Positions 34,325 to 45,400 of a DNA stretch of 64,000 nt are shown here, piece by piece (within the stretch, counting starts at the first letter, position 1; each line of letters opens with the position of its first letter). Both the position numbers and the translations under genes were made by a program. Origin of the DNA: an uncultured Eubacteriales bacterium (lineage in GTDB: Bacteria; Bacillota; Clostridia; Oscillospirales; Acutalibacteraceae); contig CAQKRU010000003.1 in assembly GCA_948823415.1 (NCBI GenBank), forward strand, positions 7,798-71,797. The letters are read 5' to 3'. The notes below the pieces were generated by a model that did no database searches, was not told the origin of the DNA, and saw only the letters and a list, made by a program, of their open reading frames with translations.

Positions 34325-34511
34325 AAAAATCTCTCCTTAAAATGATACTAAAGAAATTATAATATCGGATGTAGAAAAAAGCAAGCATTTTTTGTGAATT
34401 TTACAGAGATTTAAAATTGTTGCGCAGAATTTAAGTTTATTGTATAATACTAATATATTTATTTTTAAAAATAGAAATAATTTAAACACAACACACATTT
34501 TTGCGAAAGAG

Positions 34512-35423
34512 GTGATTGCGATTATTACGGTAGAAGAGTGGAATTCGCAGAACGACGCCGTTTATAAGCCATTTTTGGTGGATAGAATCAATGATGGCGG
34601 CGAAGATTTTGTCGCATATGGCGCCAAATGTGGGAATATTCCGTGCGGAGCGATATATGCAAGGCTAGAGAAGTCCGATGTGGGCGGGCGAACTCAGGCG
34701 AACGTGACGAGCTTTTTTGTTGCCTCTTTTTTTAGAGAAAAGGGCGCCGGAACGGCTTTACTGGACGCGCTCAAGCTTAGATTGAAAGACCTGAACGTAG
34801 ATGCCATCCGGGTTAACGCGGTTACTTCGCAGGAAAACGTCGATCTGATAGACAAATTTTTGCAAAAGAGAGGATTTTCACCCGCCAGACTGCTAACAGA
34901 GGTCTATTTGTTTGATCCGAAAGTTCTGGTAGAGAAAAATAAAATCATAAAATCGGCGCTGCAGGGCAGTTTTGACCTGCCACCGAAAATATCTTTTTTG
35001 CCAAAAAACCTTGTGAGCCCAGATTTACTCGAGAAGGTCAAAAATAAGGATGGCATAGATTATCCGGATGTGCTGTCTCCGTTTGCAAATGAGTTCAACT
35101 TGGACGACGAATGCACTCAGTTTGCGATTTTTGACGACAGCGAGATCGTCGGTTGGGTGACGGCTTTTCGCGTTAAAGAGAGCGCAATCCTGTATCGGTC
35201 GCTGTTTATTCGGGAAGACTACCGAAAAAAGGCCCTAGGCTTTGCGCTTTTGGGAGAATGCATAAAAAAGCATGTGGCGAAGTATTCCGATAAAATGGTG
35301 CTTTATGCGGTCGCGTTGGATAATTTAAACGCCAGAAAGCTCTTTTCGGTCTGCTTTAAGCACTATTATAAGAGCAAAAAGTACGAATTTGAGGCGATTA
35401 TGGACCTTCGGCAAGGTTTCTAA
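34512..35423 (+). CDS. Tandem-GNAT N-acyltransferase (start uncertain; ORF open from 34440)
   Basis: Two motif-A-like segments, FFREKGAGTALLDAL and IREDYRKKALGFALLGE. The extended -10 TGTATAAT at 34440-34448 argues that the TTG at 34440 is promoter rather than start codon. Confidence 0.7.
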   Translation: MIAIITVEEWNSQNDAVYKPFLVDRINDGGEDFVAYGAKCGNIPCGAIYARLEKSDVGGRTQANVTSFFVASFFREKGAGTALLDALKLRLKDLNVDAIRVNAVTSQENVDLIDKFLQKRGFSPARLLTEVYLFDPKVLVEKNKIIKSALQGSFDLPPKISFLPKNLVSPDLLEKVKNKDGIDYPDVLSPFANEFNLDDECTQFAIFDDSEIVGWVTAFRVKESAILYRSLFIREDYRKKALGFALLGECIKKHVAKYSDKMVLYAVALDNLNARKLFSVCFKHYYKSKKYEFEAIMDLRQGF

Positions 35424-35524
35424 ACCTAATATATATATAAATTTTTGGACAAGCCCTAGCATCGACGGGCTTTTGTTATATGTTTTTTGCGGATATTACG
35501 AAAATTTTACGTGGAGGGATTGCT

Positions 35525-35767
35525 ATGGAAAACATTGAGAGGACGGTTCGAGAGGAACTTGGCAAGATTGTGGAGGCCGACGTGATGGCTGTCTCGGCGG
35601 ATGAAGACATCACGAAGCTATCTCAGATGGACTCTTTGAGCGTTTTGGAGCTTATGGACATTATTGAGGAACGTTTTGATATTGAAATTTCTCTGGGAGA
35701 AATTTCTAAAATAAGGACAATAGCCGACGTGGTGCGACTTATTTTGGCGCGGGTAAAAAAAGACTAG
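35525..35767 (+). CDS. Stand-alone acyl/peptidyl carrier protein
   Basis: 80 aa with a GGAGGG RBS. The phosphopantetheine-site context QMDSLSVLELMDIIEERFDIEI is present. Confidence 0.8.
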   Translation: MENIERTVREELGKIVEADVMAVSADEDITKLSQMDSLSVLELMDIIEERFDIEISLGEISKIRTIADVVRLILARVKKD

Positions 35768-36165
35768 CTGCGGGCCATTTATTATTACCAAAAATAGTAG
35801 GCAATTTTTGAGCGAAAAATATCATAATTTTGGCATAATTAATAAAAATATTTCTGAAACTTCTAACAAAAAATGGGTTGATTTTGTCGAATTTTGTGTT
35901 ATAATTAACACATTGGCAAAACAGTTATGTTTTTTTAAGCTGAAGGGAGGGCATTTATATTTAAACTGAACAAGTTTAAACTCAAAAGGTGCTATGCAGC
36001 AAAAAAATAAAGCTGAAATAAAAAAGGGGGAGGCGCAATTTAGCCAATAAAATTGCATGTTACTCTTTCTCGGAGAAAATAAAAATTATCTTTGGGGAAT
36101 TTTATGTGCAAAAAATTTTATTTTCAGAAATTAATTTTATTGATTAAGAAAGGACTGATTTATTA

Positions 36166-37545
36166 ATGAAAGGAAAAATTTTTAAAAGGGTAGCTAGCGC
36201 AATGCTAGGTTTGATGGTTGCATTTGCTGCAATTGGTGTAAACACCGCTTTTGCAGAGGGTGATCCTACAATAGCAGACACGAAGCCGAAGATTATTGTA
36301 ACAAACTACCAAAACGATGGAGCAGAAGCAGAAAGTTTGGTACACTGCGATGTCATCCTTGTGCTTACAGCAGACAATGATAAATTTAATGGCAAAGAAG
36401 TAGAATTTGATAGCGTGAAATACAAATTGACGTTTCCTACAAGCTTTATAAAAGATCAAGCGAAAATTTATCATTAGGATTTATTCCATACAACGGGGTA
36501 TCAACAAACATTTGCTTTGGAAGGTCAAACCACAATTAAGGGAACTATTGCAAAAACAGATCCACATGCTAAGAGCCTAAAGGGCACTATTGGACAAAAC
36601 ATACCACTTGCTAGAATTTCATTTGCAAGGGGAGAAAAACTTGCTAAAACAGTACAGATAGAAATTAAAGGTGTTGTGGAAGCATGTGCAAACGGTGAAG
36701 GTGCTGCCCAAAATTTCGTGGAGGAGCAAACCTACAATGTTACAGATTGTATACACCCCGCTGACAAAGTAACTTACTCTTTACCAGAAGATCCAGTTGA
36801 AGCATTACAGTATCACTTGATGAATTGCAGCGCATGTAATTCATCGCCAATTAAAGTCAAACATGCATATTCTGGCAACACAAGAACTGTACAAGGTACT
36901 GCTGATATAGTGGCTGGAACTTATGGAAAATGTATTTGCGGTAAAACATCGTATAAAGATATAGTTGTAAAAGGAACAGAAACACATACTCCAGAGGGCA
37001 ACCCTATTTTAGGTAACACAAATTTAAATTCTGTAGAAAAAGAGTACTTTGACAGTAAAGGTGCTAGATGCGGAAGCACTATAGCATACGACGTAACTAA
37101 CTTCTACAAAGGTGGAAAGCTAGATATAAACACAGGTTCTCCAGATACTGTAAATGATTTCTATGTTTGGAAGAACAGTGTCATTACGGTTGACGGCAAA
37201 AATGCTGCTGCCCCGGGAAAGAAAATTATCTTTGTAGCAAGAGAAACAGACTTACCAGTTGACAAGTTTGTAGAGTTATACAAAAAATTTGGTGGCCAAG
37301 GAAGCGTTATCCCACGTGAGTTTAAATACAACGGAAAAAGATATATATGTGCTTGGGAAAGTGGAATAAATCCATACTTTGTGCCAACCAGTGTTGCTGC
37401 TGAAAAGAAGAAAGAGGATCCTAAGAAGAAGGGTACTCAAACAAAGACTGGCGACGCTGCCGGAATGGTATGCCTAGCTGCTTCGGGATTGCTGGTAGTT
37501 GCTGGCTTGTACATGGAACTCATGAAAAAGAAAAAGAACGCTTAA
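36166..37545 (+). pseudogene. Cell-surface protein gene split by a single in-frame TAG (36475-36477): signal-peptide part 36166-36474, body plus C-terminal anchor 36478-37545
   Basis: Both ORFs are in the same frame with no other stop between them. ORF1 has the signal peptide MKGKIFKRVASAMLGLMVAFAAIGVNTAFA. ORF2 lacks an RBS and signal peptide but ends TKTGDAAGMVCLAASGLLVVAGLYMELMKKKKNA*. Confidence 0.6.
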
Positions 37546-37566
37546 GTTCTTCCTTCTAAAATAATT

Positions 37567-37602
37567 AAAAACCACACAGAATCTTGTGTGGTTTTTGTTT
37601 TG
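37567..37602. terminator. Bidirectional rho-independent terminator
   Basis: 12-bp stem AAAAACCACACA/TGTGTGGTTTTT followed by GTTTTG. Confidence 0.75.
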
Positions 37603-37619
37603 CGCATGAAAAATATCGA

Positions 37620-38192
37620 TTAAATGAGGACTTCGCCGTACATGGGTCCTGCTACGATGCCGGCAGCATTGGCTTCGTCGGTGTCTATATGCATGGCCGG
37701 GGCGAAGTTTTTGCTTACGCGGACTATCACATTCTCGAATGTTAACGAACGATGCGCTGTCTGCACCGCCACCCTTACGGTTTGGCCATCGGAGAGGTTA
37801 TGAGCCTTAGCAGAGTCTGAATCCATATGAATATGCCGTTTGGCGATGATGACTCCGCGTGGAATTTCGAGCCTTCCGTTTGGCCCAACCAACACGCAGC
37901 CGGGAGTCGCCTCTAAGTTGCCGGAATCTCGAATGGGAACGCTCAGACCCAGATTTATCGAGTCGGTGAGCGAGACCTCCACCTGAGTTTGTGCTCTTAG
38001 TGGACCGAGCACCGCCACTTTGGCGAATTTATTTTTGGGGCCGACGACCTCTAGCCGCGCGGTACTTACGAATTCGCCGGGCTGAGAGAGTTCCTTTTGG
38101 ACCACGAGCCCCGCGCCGCGGCCAAACAAGACTTCAAAGTCGCTGCGAGACAAGTGAATATGCCGCGCAGAAGTTTCGACTAAAATTTTCAC
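37620..38192 (-). CDS. pduL: Phosphate propanoyl/acetyl-transferase PduL
   Basis: GTG at 38192 after GAGGTG. Two PduL repeats with SARHIHLS and AKRHIHMD. 190 aa. Confidence 0.85.
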   Translation of the reverse strand: MKILVETSARHIHLSRSDFEVLFGRGAGLVVQKELSQPGEFVSTARLEVVGPKNKFAKVAVLGPLRAQTQVEVSLTDSINLGLSVPIRDSGNLEATPGCVLVGPNGRLEIPRGVIIAKRHIHMDSDSAKAHNLSDGQTVRVAVQTAHRSLTFENVIVRVSKNFAPAMHIDTDEANAAGIVAGPMYGEVLI

Positions 38193-38409
38193 AAAAATCA
38201 CCTCAGAGCAAAAATGCTGACAGACTGCCACTTATAAGGTATTCAACTTGCCCTATTTCGCCGGGCTGGGAGAGTTCCTTTTGGACCACGAGGCCTGCGC
38301 CGCGGCCAAACAAGACTTCAAAGTCGCTGCGAGACAAGTGGATATGCCGCGCAGAAGTTTCGACTAAAATTTTCACAAAAATCACCTCAGAGCAAAAATG
38401 CTGACAGAC
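38073..38409. repeat. Direct duplication of 153 bp (38073-38225 and 38257-38409, period 184 bp) covering the pduL RBS and first about 40 codons
   Basis: The two copies differ at only a few positions. The upstream copy yields a truncated ORF (38203-38385). Confidence 0.9.
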
Positions 38410-38699
38410 CGCTGTTTACAAGATACTCAACCCGCCCTGCAAAAATGATTAAAATGAAAATACTAAAAATGCTTGACTTTTTAGGGCGTTTGTAATAAAA
38501 TAATATACTGCATTAAAAATGGATTTTTGAAGCTTAAAATAGATTAATTATAGCACCATTTCGACAAAAAAACAAGGGTTTTGTTTTAAATTTTGTGTTA
38601 ATTATTATGATTGGGAGCTTTTGCGCGGTGCTGTGCGGATCTGCGGCCCGATTGTATTATTGAATATTGACAAAAGGATGAATTGGAGTGGGTAAACCT

Positions 38700-41600
38700 A
38701 TGCTGAATGTCAAACCTGTGCGGATGGGCAAAAATGTAAGGATGAGTTTTTCTAGAATTGACGAGGTTTTAGAGATGCCAAACCTTATTGAGGTCCAGAA
38801 GAAGTCGTATCGGTGGTTTCTTGACGAGGGTCTGAAGGACGTTTTTAAGGATATTTCGGGCATTACCGATTATACGGGCAACTTGGTTTTAGATTTTCTC
38901 GACTATCATTTGGACATGGACCGTCCGAACTACAGTGTTGCAGAATGCAAAGAGCGAGATGCTACCTACTCTGCCGCCCTACGGGTGAAGGTGCGGCTTT
39001 TGAATAAGGAAAATGGCGAGATTAAGGAGTCGGAAGTCTTTATGGGCGACTTCCCTCTTATGACCGACAGCGGCACGTTCATCATTAACGGTGCGGAACG
39101 TGTTGTTGTTTCGCAGCTTATTCGGTCTCCTGGCGTTTATTTTAAGATGGAGCACGACAAGACGGGCAAAGAGCTGTTTAGTTCGACGGTTATCCCGAAC
39201 CGCGGCGCCTGGCTTGAGTATGAGAACGATGTTAACGATGTTTTTTACGTTCGCATCGATAAGAATCGCAAGATCCCGATTACGGTGTTTATTCGCGCGC
39301 TTGGGCTTGGGACAACCGACGAGATTATCGATTATTTTGGCCGCGATGAGCGCATTTTAGCTACGATAGAGAAGGATCCGTGCAATAATTCGGAAGAGGC
39401 CCTTTTGGAGCTGTATCGCAAACTGAGGCCCACAGAGCCGCCGACTTTGGACAGCGCTAAGGCACACTTGGATGCTTTGTTTTTTGATGAGAGAAGATAC
39501 GATTTGTCGCGGGTTGGGCGGTATAAGTACAATAAGAAGTTGGGAATCTCTGGCAGATTGACGGGCCGAGTGATATCTCAACCTATTGTTAACCCCCGTA
39601 CTGGCGAGGTTATGGCCGATGCTGGCGAGACGATTTCTTTTGAGAAGGCTGGCGAGATCGAGAATGCCGGCGTTGCGGTTGCTTATGTTCAGGACGAGGA
39701 CCGCGAGGTTAAGGTGATTTCGAACGGCATGGTGGACATAGGTTGCTATGTTGACTTTGACGCGAAGGCCGAATGCGGCGTGAAAGAGAAGGTTCGGTTT
39801 AGCGTTTTGATGGAGATTTTGGAGGCTTCTGGCTCTGACGACGAGCTCAAAGAGGCTATTGTTGCGCGTTTGGGAGAGCTTGTTCCGAATTATATCACTA
39901 TTGACGACATTTTTGCGTCGATTAATTATATGAATTGCCTTGCCTGCGGCGTTGGCGTGACGGATGATATTGATCATTTGGGGAATAGGCGCGTTAGATC
40001 GGTTGGCGAGCTGTTACAGAATCAGTTTAGGATCGGATTGTCGCGGTTGGAGAGGGTTATTCGTGAGAGAATGACGCTTCAGGCGCAGGATTTGGAGATG
40101 TTGACTCCGCAATCTTTGATAAACATTCGGCCGGTTGTTGCGGCTATCAAGGAGTTTTTTGGGCTGTCGCAGTTGTCTCAGTTTATGGATCAGACGAACC
40201 CTTTGGCCGAGTTGACCCACAAGAGGCGGCTTTCTGCCTTGGGTCCTGGCGGACTTTCTAGAGATAGAGCCGGTTTTGAGGTTCGTGACGTTCACTATAG
40301 CCATTATGGCCGAATGTGTCCGATTGAGACGCCTGAAGGTCCTAATATTGGCTTGATTTCTTATTTGGCGACGTTTGCGAGGATCAACGAGTACGGCTTT
40401 GTTGAGGCCCCTTTTAGGAAGGTCGATAAGGCGCGGGGCGTGGTGACTTCGGAGGTTGTCTACATGACGGCCGACGTGGAAGACGAATTCATCGTGGCGC
40501 AGGCTAATGAACCGCTTGATGAAGAGGGCCATTTTGTAAATGCTAAGGTTAACGGCCGGTATCGCGACAGTTTTGTGGAAGTGGAGAGCGATCGAGCCGA
40601 CTATATGGACATTTGTCCGCGGATGGTTATGTCTGTGGCTACTGCGATGATTCCTTTTTTGGAGAACGACGACGCAAACCGCGCTTTGATGGGATCGAAC
40701 ATGCAGCGGCAGGCTGTGCCTTTGCTTAAGACGGAGGCGCCGATTGTTGGCACGGGCATGGAGTACAAGGCTGGCGTGGATTCGGGCGTTTGCGTGCTTT
40801 CTAAAGGAGACGGCGTTGTAGAGAGCGTTTGCGCGAATGAGATTACTGTTAATTACGATTCTGGCGAGGTGGAGACCTTTAAGGTTACCAAGTTTATGCG
40901 GTCGAATCAGGGAACTTGCGTTAATCAGGTGCCTGTGGTGAGTCAGGGGCAACGCGTTGAGAAAGGCGAGGTTTTGGCCGACGGGCCGGCGATTAACAAT
41001 GGTGAAGTTAGCTTGGGCAAGAATGTGCTCATTGGTTTCATGACTTGGGAGGGCTATAACTACGAGGACGCCGTGCTTATCAGCGAGAAGATTGTCCGCG
41101 ATGACGTTTATACCTCGATTCATATTGAGGAGTACGAAACTGAAGCCCGCGACACTAAGCTTGGGCCGGAGGAGATTACTAGAGATATCCCGAATGTTGG
41201 CGAAGATGCTTTGAAGGACCTTGACGAGATGGGCATAATCCGCGTTGGAACGGAAGTTCAGGCGGGTGACGTTTTGGTCGGCAAGGTTACGCCTAAGGGT
41301 GAGACTGAACTTACAGCTGAAGAACGCCTACTGCGCGCCATTTTTGGAGAGAAGGCTAGGGAGGTTCGCGATACCTCTTTGCGTGTGCCGCACGGTGAAT
41401 ACGGCATTGTTGTTGACGTGAAGGTGTTTACGCGCGCGAATTGCGACGAGCTGCAGCCGGGCGTGAATAAGGTTGTGCGCTGCTACATTGCGCAAAAGCG
41501 CAAGATTTCGGTTGGTGACAAGATGGCCGGCCGGCACGGGAACAAGGGCGTTGTTTCGCGGATTTTGCCGGTTGAGGATATGCCGTTTTTGCCGGACGGA

Positions 41601-42449
41601 ACACCGCTTGATATCGTTTTGAACCCGCTTGGCGTGCCTTCTCGTATGAATATTGGTCAGGTTTTGGAGGTCCATCTTGGCTACGCGGCGAAGGCTTTGG
41701 GCTGGAAGATCATGACGCCCGTTTTTGACGGCGCTCACGAAGAGGACATTTTTGAATGCTTTAGGCAGGCTGGGCTTAGTGAGGACGGCAAAACTTGGCT
41801 GAAGGACGGCCGCACGGGCGAGTACTTTGACAACCCCGTGACGGTGGGATATATGTATTATTTGAAGCTGCACCACTTGGTTGATGATAAGATTCACGCG
41901 CGGTCTACCGGGCCTTATTCGCTTGTTACTCAGCAACCTTTGGGCGGTAAGGCGCAGTTTGGCGGCCAGCGCTTTGGTGAGATGGAAGTTTGGGCCTTGG
42001 AGGCTTACGGTGCGGCGTACACTTTGCAGGAAATTTTGACGGTTAAGTCGGACGACGTTGTCGGCAGAGTCAAGACTTATGAGGCGATTGTTAAGGGGCA
42101 GAATATTCCGAAGCCCGGTATTCCGGAGTCGTTTAAGGTTTTGATTAAGGAGTTGCAGTCGTTGGGGCTCGATGTGAAGGTCTTGAACAAGGACGAGGAG
42201 GAGATCGACTTAAAGCAGACGTTTGATGATGACGATAATATGGGCTTGGCCCCGGCTGGCGGCGACTTTCATGAGGAGGAAGTGGTTACTTCTTTGGACG
42301 GGTTTAGCTTGGAGGACGACCCCGAGGGGAACAACATGTTCGATGAGTCCAGTGTTGTGGCCGATTCTGACGACGATGACGACTTTGAGGATGAGCTGAA
42401 CGAAGTTTTTGACGATGCGGATATACCGGCGGCAGATCAAGATTTTTAG
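38700..42449 (+). CDS. rpoB: DNA-directed RNA polymerase beta subunit
   Basis: Conserved throughout ([18 protein letters not shown]..., [15 protein letters not shown]). ATG at 38700 is chosen by alignment to typical N-termini; GTG at 38688 is possible. Long acidic C-terminal tail. Confidence 0.95.
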   Translation: MLNVKPVRMGKNVRMSFSRIDEVLEMPNLIEVQKKSYRWFLDEGLKDVFKDISGITDYTGNLVLDFLDYHLDMDRPNYSVAECKERDATYSAALRVKVRLLNKENGEIKESEVFMGDFPLMTDSGTFIINGAERVVVSQLIRSPGVYFKMEHDKTGKELFSSTVIPNRGAWLEYENDVNDVFYVRIDKNRKIPITVFIRALGLGTTDEIIDYFGRDERILATIEKDPCNNSEEALLELYRKLRPTEPPTLDSAKAHLDALFFDERRYDLSRVGRYKYNKKLGISGRLTGRVISQPIVNPRTGEVMADAGETISFEKAGEIENAGVAVAYVQDEDREVKVISNGMVDIGCYVDFDAKAECGVKEKVRFSVLMEILEASGSDDELKEAIVARLGELVPNYITIDDIFASINYMNCLACGVGVTDDIDHLGNRRVRSVGELLQNQFRIGLSRLERVIRERMTLQAQDLEMLTPQSLINIRPVVAAIKEFFGLSQLSQFMDQTNPLAELTHKRRLSALGPGGLSRDRAGFEVRDVHYSHYGRMCPIETPEGPNIGLISYLATFARINEYGFVEAPFRKVDKARGVVTSEVVYMTADVEDEFIVAQANEPLDEEGHFVNAKVNGRYRDSFVEVESDRADYMDICPRMVMSVATAMIPFLENDDANRALMGSNMQRQAVPLLKTEAPIVGTGMEYKAGVDSGVCVLSKGDGVVESVCANEITVNYDSGEVETFKVTKFMRSNQGTCVNQVPVVSQGQRVEKGEVLADGPAINNGEVSLGKNVLIGFMTWEGYNYEDAVLISEKIVRDDVYTSIHIEEYETEARDTKLGPEEITRDIPNVGEDALKDLDEMGIIRVGTEVQAGDVLVGKVTPKGETELTAEERLLRAIFGEKAREVRDTSLRVPHGEYGIVVDVKVFTRANCDELQPGVNKVVRCYIAQKRKISVGDKMAGRHGNKGVVSRILPVEDMPFLPDGTPLDIVLNPLGVPSRMNIGQVLEVHLGYAAKALGWKIMTPVFDGAHEEDIFECFRQAGLSEDGKTWLKDGRTGEYFDNPVTVGYMYYLKLHHLVDDKIHARSTGPYSLVTQQPLGGKAQFGGQRFGEMEVWALEAYGAAYTLQEILTVKSDDVVGRVKTYEAIVKGQNIPKPGIPESFKVLIKELQSLGLDVKVLNKDEEEIDLKQTFDDDDNMGLAPAGGDFHEEEVVTSLDGFSLEDDPEGNNMFDESSVVADSDDDDDFEDELNEVFDDADIPAADQDF

Positions 42450-42465
42450 GGGGTTGCAGCTAATA

Positions 42466-45400
42466 ATGAAATTTAATGTTTTTGAATCGATTAAGATCAG
42501 ACTTGCGTCGCCCGATCAGATCCGGGAGTGGTCGCGCGGGGAAGTGAAGAAGCCGGAGACGATTAACTACAGAACCCTGAAGCCGGAGCGCGACGGGCTT
42601 TTTTGCGAGCGGATTTTTGGTCCGCAAAAGGACTGGGAGTGCCATTGCGGCAAGTACAAGCGGATTCGCTACAAGGGCAAGGTTTGCGACCGTTGCGGCG
42701 TTGAGGTTACGCGGTCTAAGGTTCGGCGCGAGCGGATGGGGCACATTGAGCTTGCGGCGCCGGTTTCGCATATTTGGTATTTTAAGGGAATTCCCTCTAG
42801 AATGGGACTCATTTTGGATATTTCTCCACGGATGCTTGAAAAGGTGCTATATTTCGCACTTTATATTGTTACTGATCCTGGAAAGGCGCGTGAATTGGTT
42901 AAGTATCAGTTTCTCACAGAGCGTGAGTACCGCGATTTGAAGGAAAAGTACGAGGACGATTTTGAGGCTTTGATGGGGGCGGAGGCCGTCAAGAAGCTTT
43001 TGGCCGAGATTGACTTGGAGGCGCTTTCTAAGGAGCTCAAGGACGAGTTGGAGTCTGCTGTGGGGCAAAAGAGAGTCCGGATTTTGAAGCGGCTCGAGGT
43101 GGTGGAGTCTTTCCGGTTATCGGGAAATCGCCCGGAGTGGATGATTTTGGACGTGATTCCTGTTATTCCGCCAGATTTGCGGCCTATGGTTCAACTGGAT
43201 GGCGGCAGATTCGCGACTTCGGACTTGAATGATCTTTATCGGCGCGTTATTAATAGGAATAATCGGCTGAAGCGCTTGCTGGAGCTGGGCGCGCCGGATA
43301 TAATTATTCGCAATGAGAAGCGCATGCTGCAGGAGGCCGTTGATGCGCTTATTGACAATGGTCGCCGCGGACGGCCTGTTACTGGTGCGAATAATCGGCC
43401 GCTTAAGTCGCTTTCGGATATGCTGAAGGGCAAACAGGGGCGGTTTCGGCAAAATCTTTTGGGCAAACGCGTGGATTATTCGGGTCGGTCGGTTATTGTC
43501 GTGGGGCCGGAGCTGAAGATGTATCAGTGCGGGCTGCCCAAGGAGATGGCTTTGGAGCTGTTTAAGCCGTTTGTTATGAAGCGGCTGGTGGAGACCGGGG
43601 CTTCGAACAACATTAAGTCGGCAAGAAAGGCTGTGGACCGGGTTAAGCCAGAGGTTTGGGACGCTTTGGAGATAGTCATAAAGGGGCATCCGGTGCTTTT
43701 GAACCGAGCTCCGACGCTACACAGGCTAGGAATACAGGCATTTGAGCCGGTTTTGGTTGAAGGAAGGGCTTTAAAGCTACATCCTTTGGTTTGTACGGCT
43801 TATAATGCTGACTTTGACGGGGATCAGATGGCGGTTCACGTGCCGCTTTCGGCAGAGGCTCAGGCTGAGGCTAGGTTCTTGATGCTGGCGGCGGGCAATC
43901 TGCTGAAACCTTCGGACGGGCGGCCGGTGACGGTGCCCACGCAGGACATGGTTTTAGGTTCTTACTACTTGACGCTGGACAAAGAGGGCGAAAAGGGCGA
44001 GGGCAAGGTGTTTAGGAACTTTGAGGAAGCCTTGATGGCCTATGACGCGAAGGATATTGGCCTGCACGCGAAGATTAAGGTTAGGCGGACTGTGGTTGTG
44101 CAGGGTGAGAAAGTTACCGGCATGATCGAGACGACGGTTGGTAAGATTATTTTTAACCAGCCTATACCGCAGGATTTGGGATTTGTTGAGCGGGAGAACC
44201 TTGATGATTACTTGAAGCTTGAGATTGACTTTTTGGTCGGAAAGAAGCAGATTCAAAAAATTATTGATCGTTGCATTAAAGTTCACGGAACGCAAGTAAC
44301 GGCGCGGGTTTTGGACTCTATTAAGGACCAAGGTTTCAAGTATTCTACCAGGGGTGCCATTACCGTTGCCGTTTGCGACGCAGTGGTGCCGCCGGCGAAG
44401 AAAGAGATTATTGCTGACGCTGAGGCTCAGATTGAGAAGGTTTCTCAGCAATTCAAGCGCGGCCTCATTTCGGACGAGGAGCGAGAGGGGCATGTGCTTA
44501 AAATTTGGGATAAGGCTACGAATGGCGTTACGGCGGCTTTGCAGGAGAATTTGGACAGATATAACCCGATTTATATGATGGCGGACTCGGGCGCGCGTGG
44601 CTCGATGAGCCAGATTCGGCAGCTTGCCGGGATGCGCGGACTTATTGCCAACACTTCGGGTAAGACTATTGAGGTGCCGATTCGCGCGAATTACCGCGAG
44701 GGGCTTAATGTTTTGGAGTACTTTATATCTTCGCGCGGGGCACGAAAGGGTTTGGCTGACACGGCGCTTCGTACCGCGGATTCTGGTTATCTTACTCGCC
44801 GGCTTGTTGATGTTTCGCAGGAGGTTATTATTCGCGAGGACGACTGCGGCACTACCGAGGGGCTGACGGTTTTTGAGATTAAGGACGGCAAGGAGTCTAT
44901 TGAGAGCTTGCATGAGCGCTTGATTGGTCGCTATTTGTGCGAGGATTTTGTGGACGCTGTGACCGGCGAAGTGCTGGTTTCTAAAGATAAGCTGATGGAT
45001 GACCACGATGCGGACGTCATTATTGGCGCGGGAGTCGAGAAAATTGATATTCGGTCGATTCTTGGTTGCAGGGCGCGGCACGGAATTTGCAAGAAGTGCT
45101 ATGGTTCGAACCTTGCGAACGGCATGCCTGTTGCTGTGGGCGAAGCTGTGGGAATCATTGCGGCGCAATCTATTGGTGAGCCGGGCACGCAGCTGACTAT
45201 GAGAACCTTCCACACTGGCGGTGTTGCTAGTGCTGAGGATATTACTCAGGGCTTGCCGCGCGTTGAGGAGCTGTTTGAGAGCCGTAAGCCTAAGCATCTT
45301 GCGATTATAAGTGAGATTTCGGGCGAGGTTAGCTTTGAAGAAGTCAAGAATAACCGCCATATCGTGGTTTATAATAGCGAGAGCGGCGAGAAGGTTTCTT

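Noticed and set aside
34440-34511. N-terminal extension of the GNAT ORF from the TTG at 34440.
   Set aside because: The TTG is part of an extended -10 element (TTGTATAAT) with TTGCGC 17 nt upstream. The extension (MYNTNIFIFKNRNNLNTTHIFAKE) is AT-rich leader-like sequence, so the real start is probably at or after 34512.
36475-36477. In-frame UAG as pyrrolysine or as evidence for an alternative genetic code.
   Set aside because: TAG clearly terminates conserved genes in this window (rpoB, rpsG, fusA and the carrier protein), and TGA and TAA terminate others. There are no pyl genes or methylamine methyltransferases here, so standard code 11 applies.
38203-38385. 60-aa ORF resembling the start of PduL.
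   Set aside because: It is the upstream copy of the 153-bp duplication. It runs into unrelated sequence after about 42 codons, so it is treated as a duplication remnant rather than an independent gene.
42210-42449. Unusually long acidic C-terminal tail of RpoB as a possible fused domain.
   Set aside because: As far as I recall, acidic C-terminal extensions of beta subunits are common in Firmicutes. It is in-frame and continuous, with nothing indicating a separate gene or insertion.
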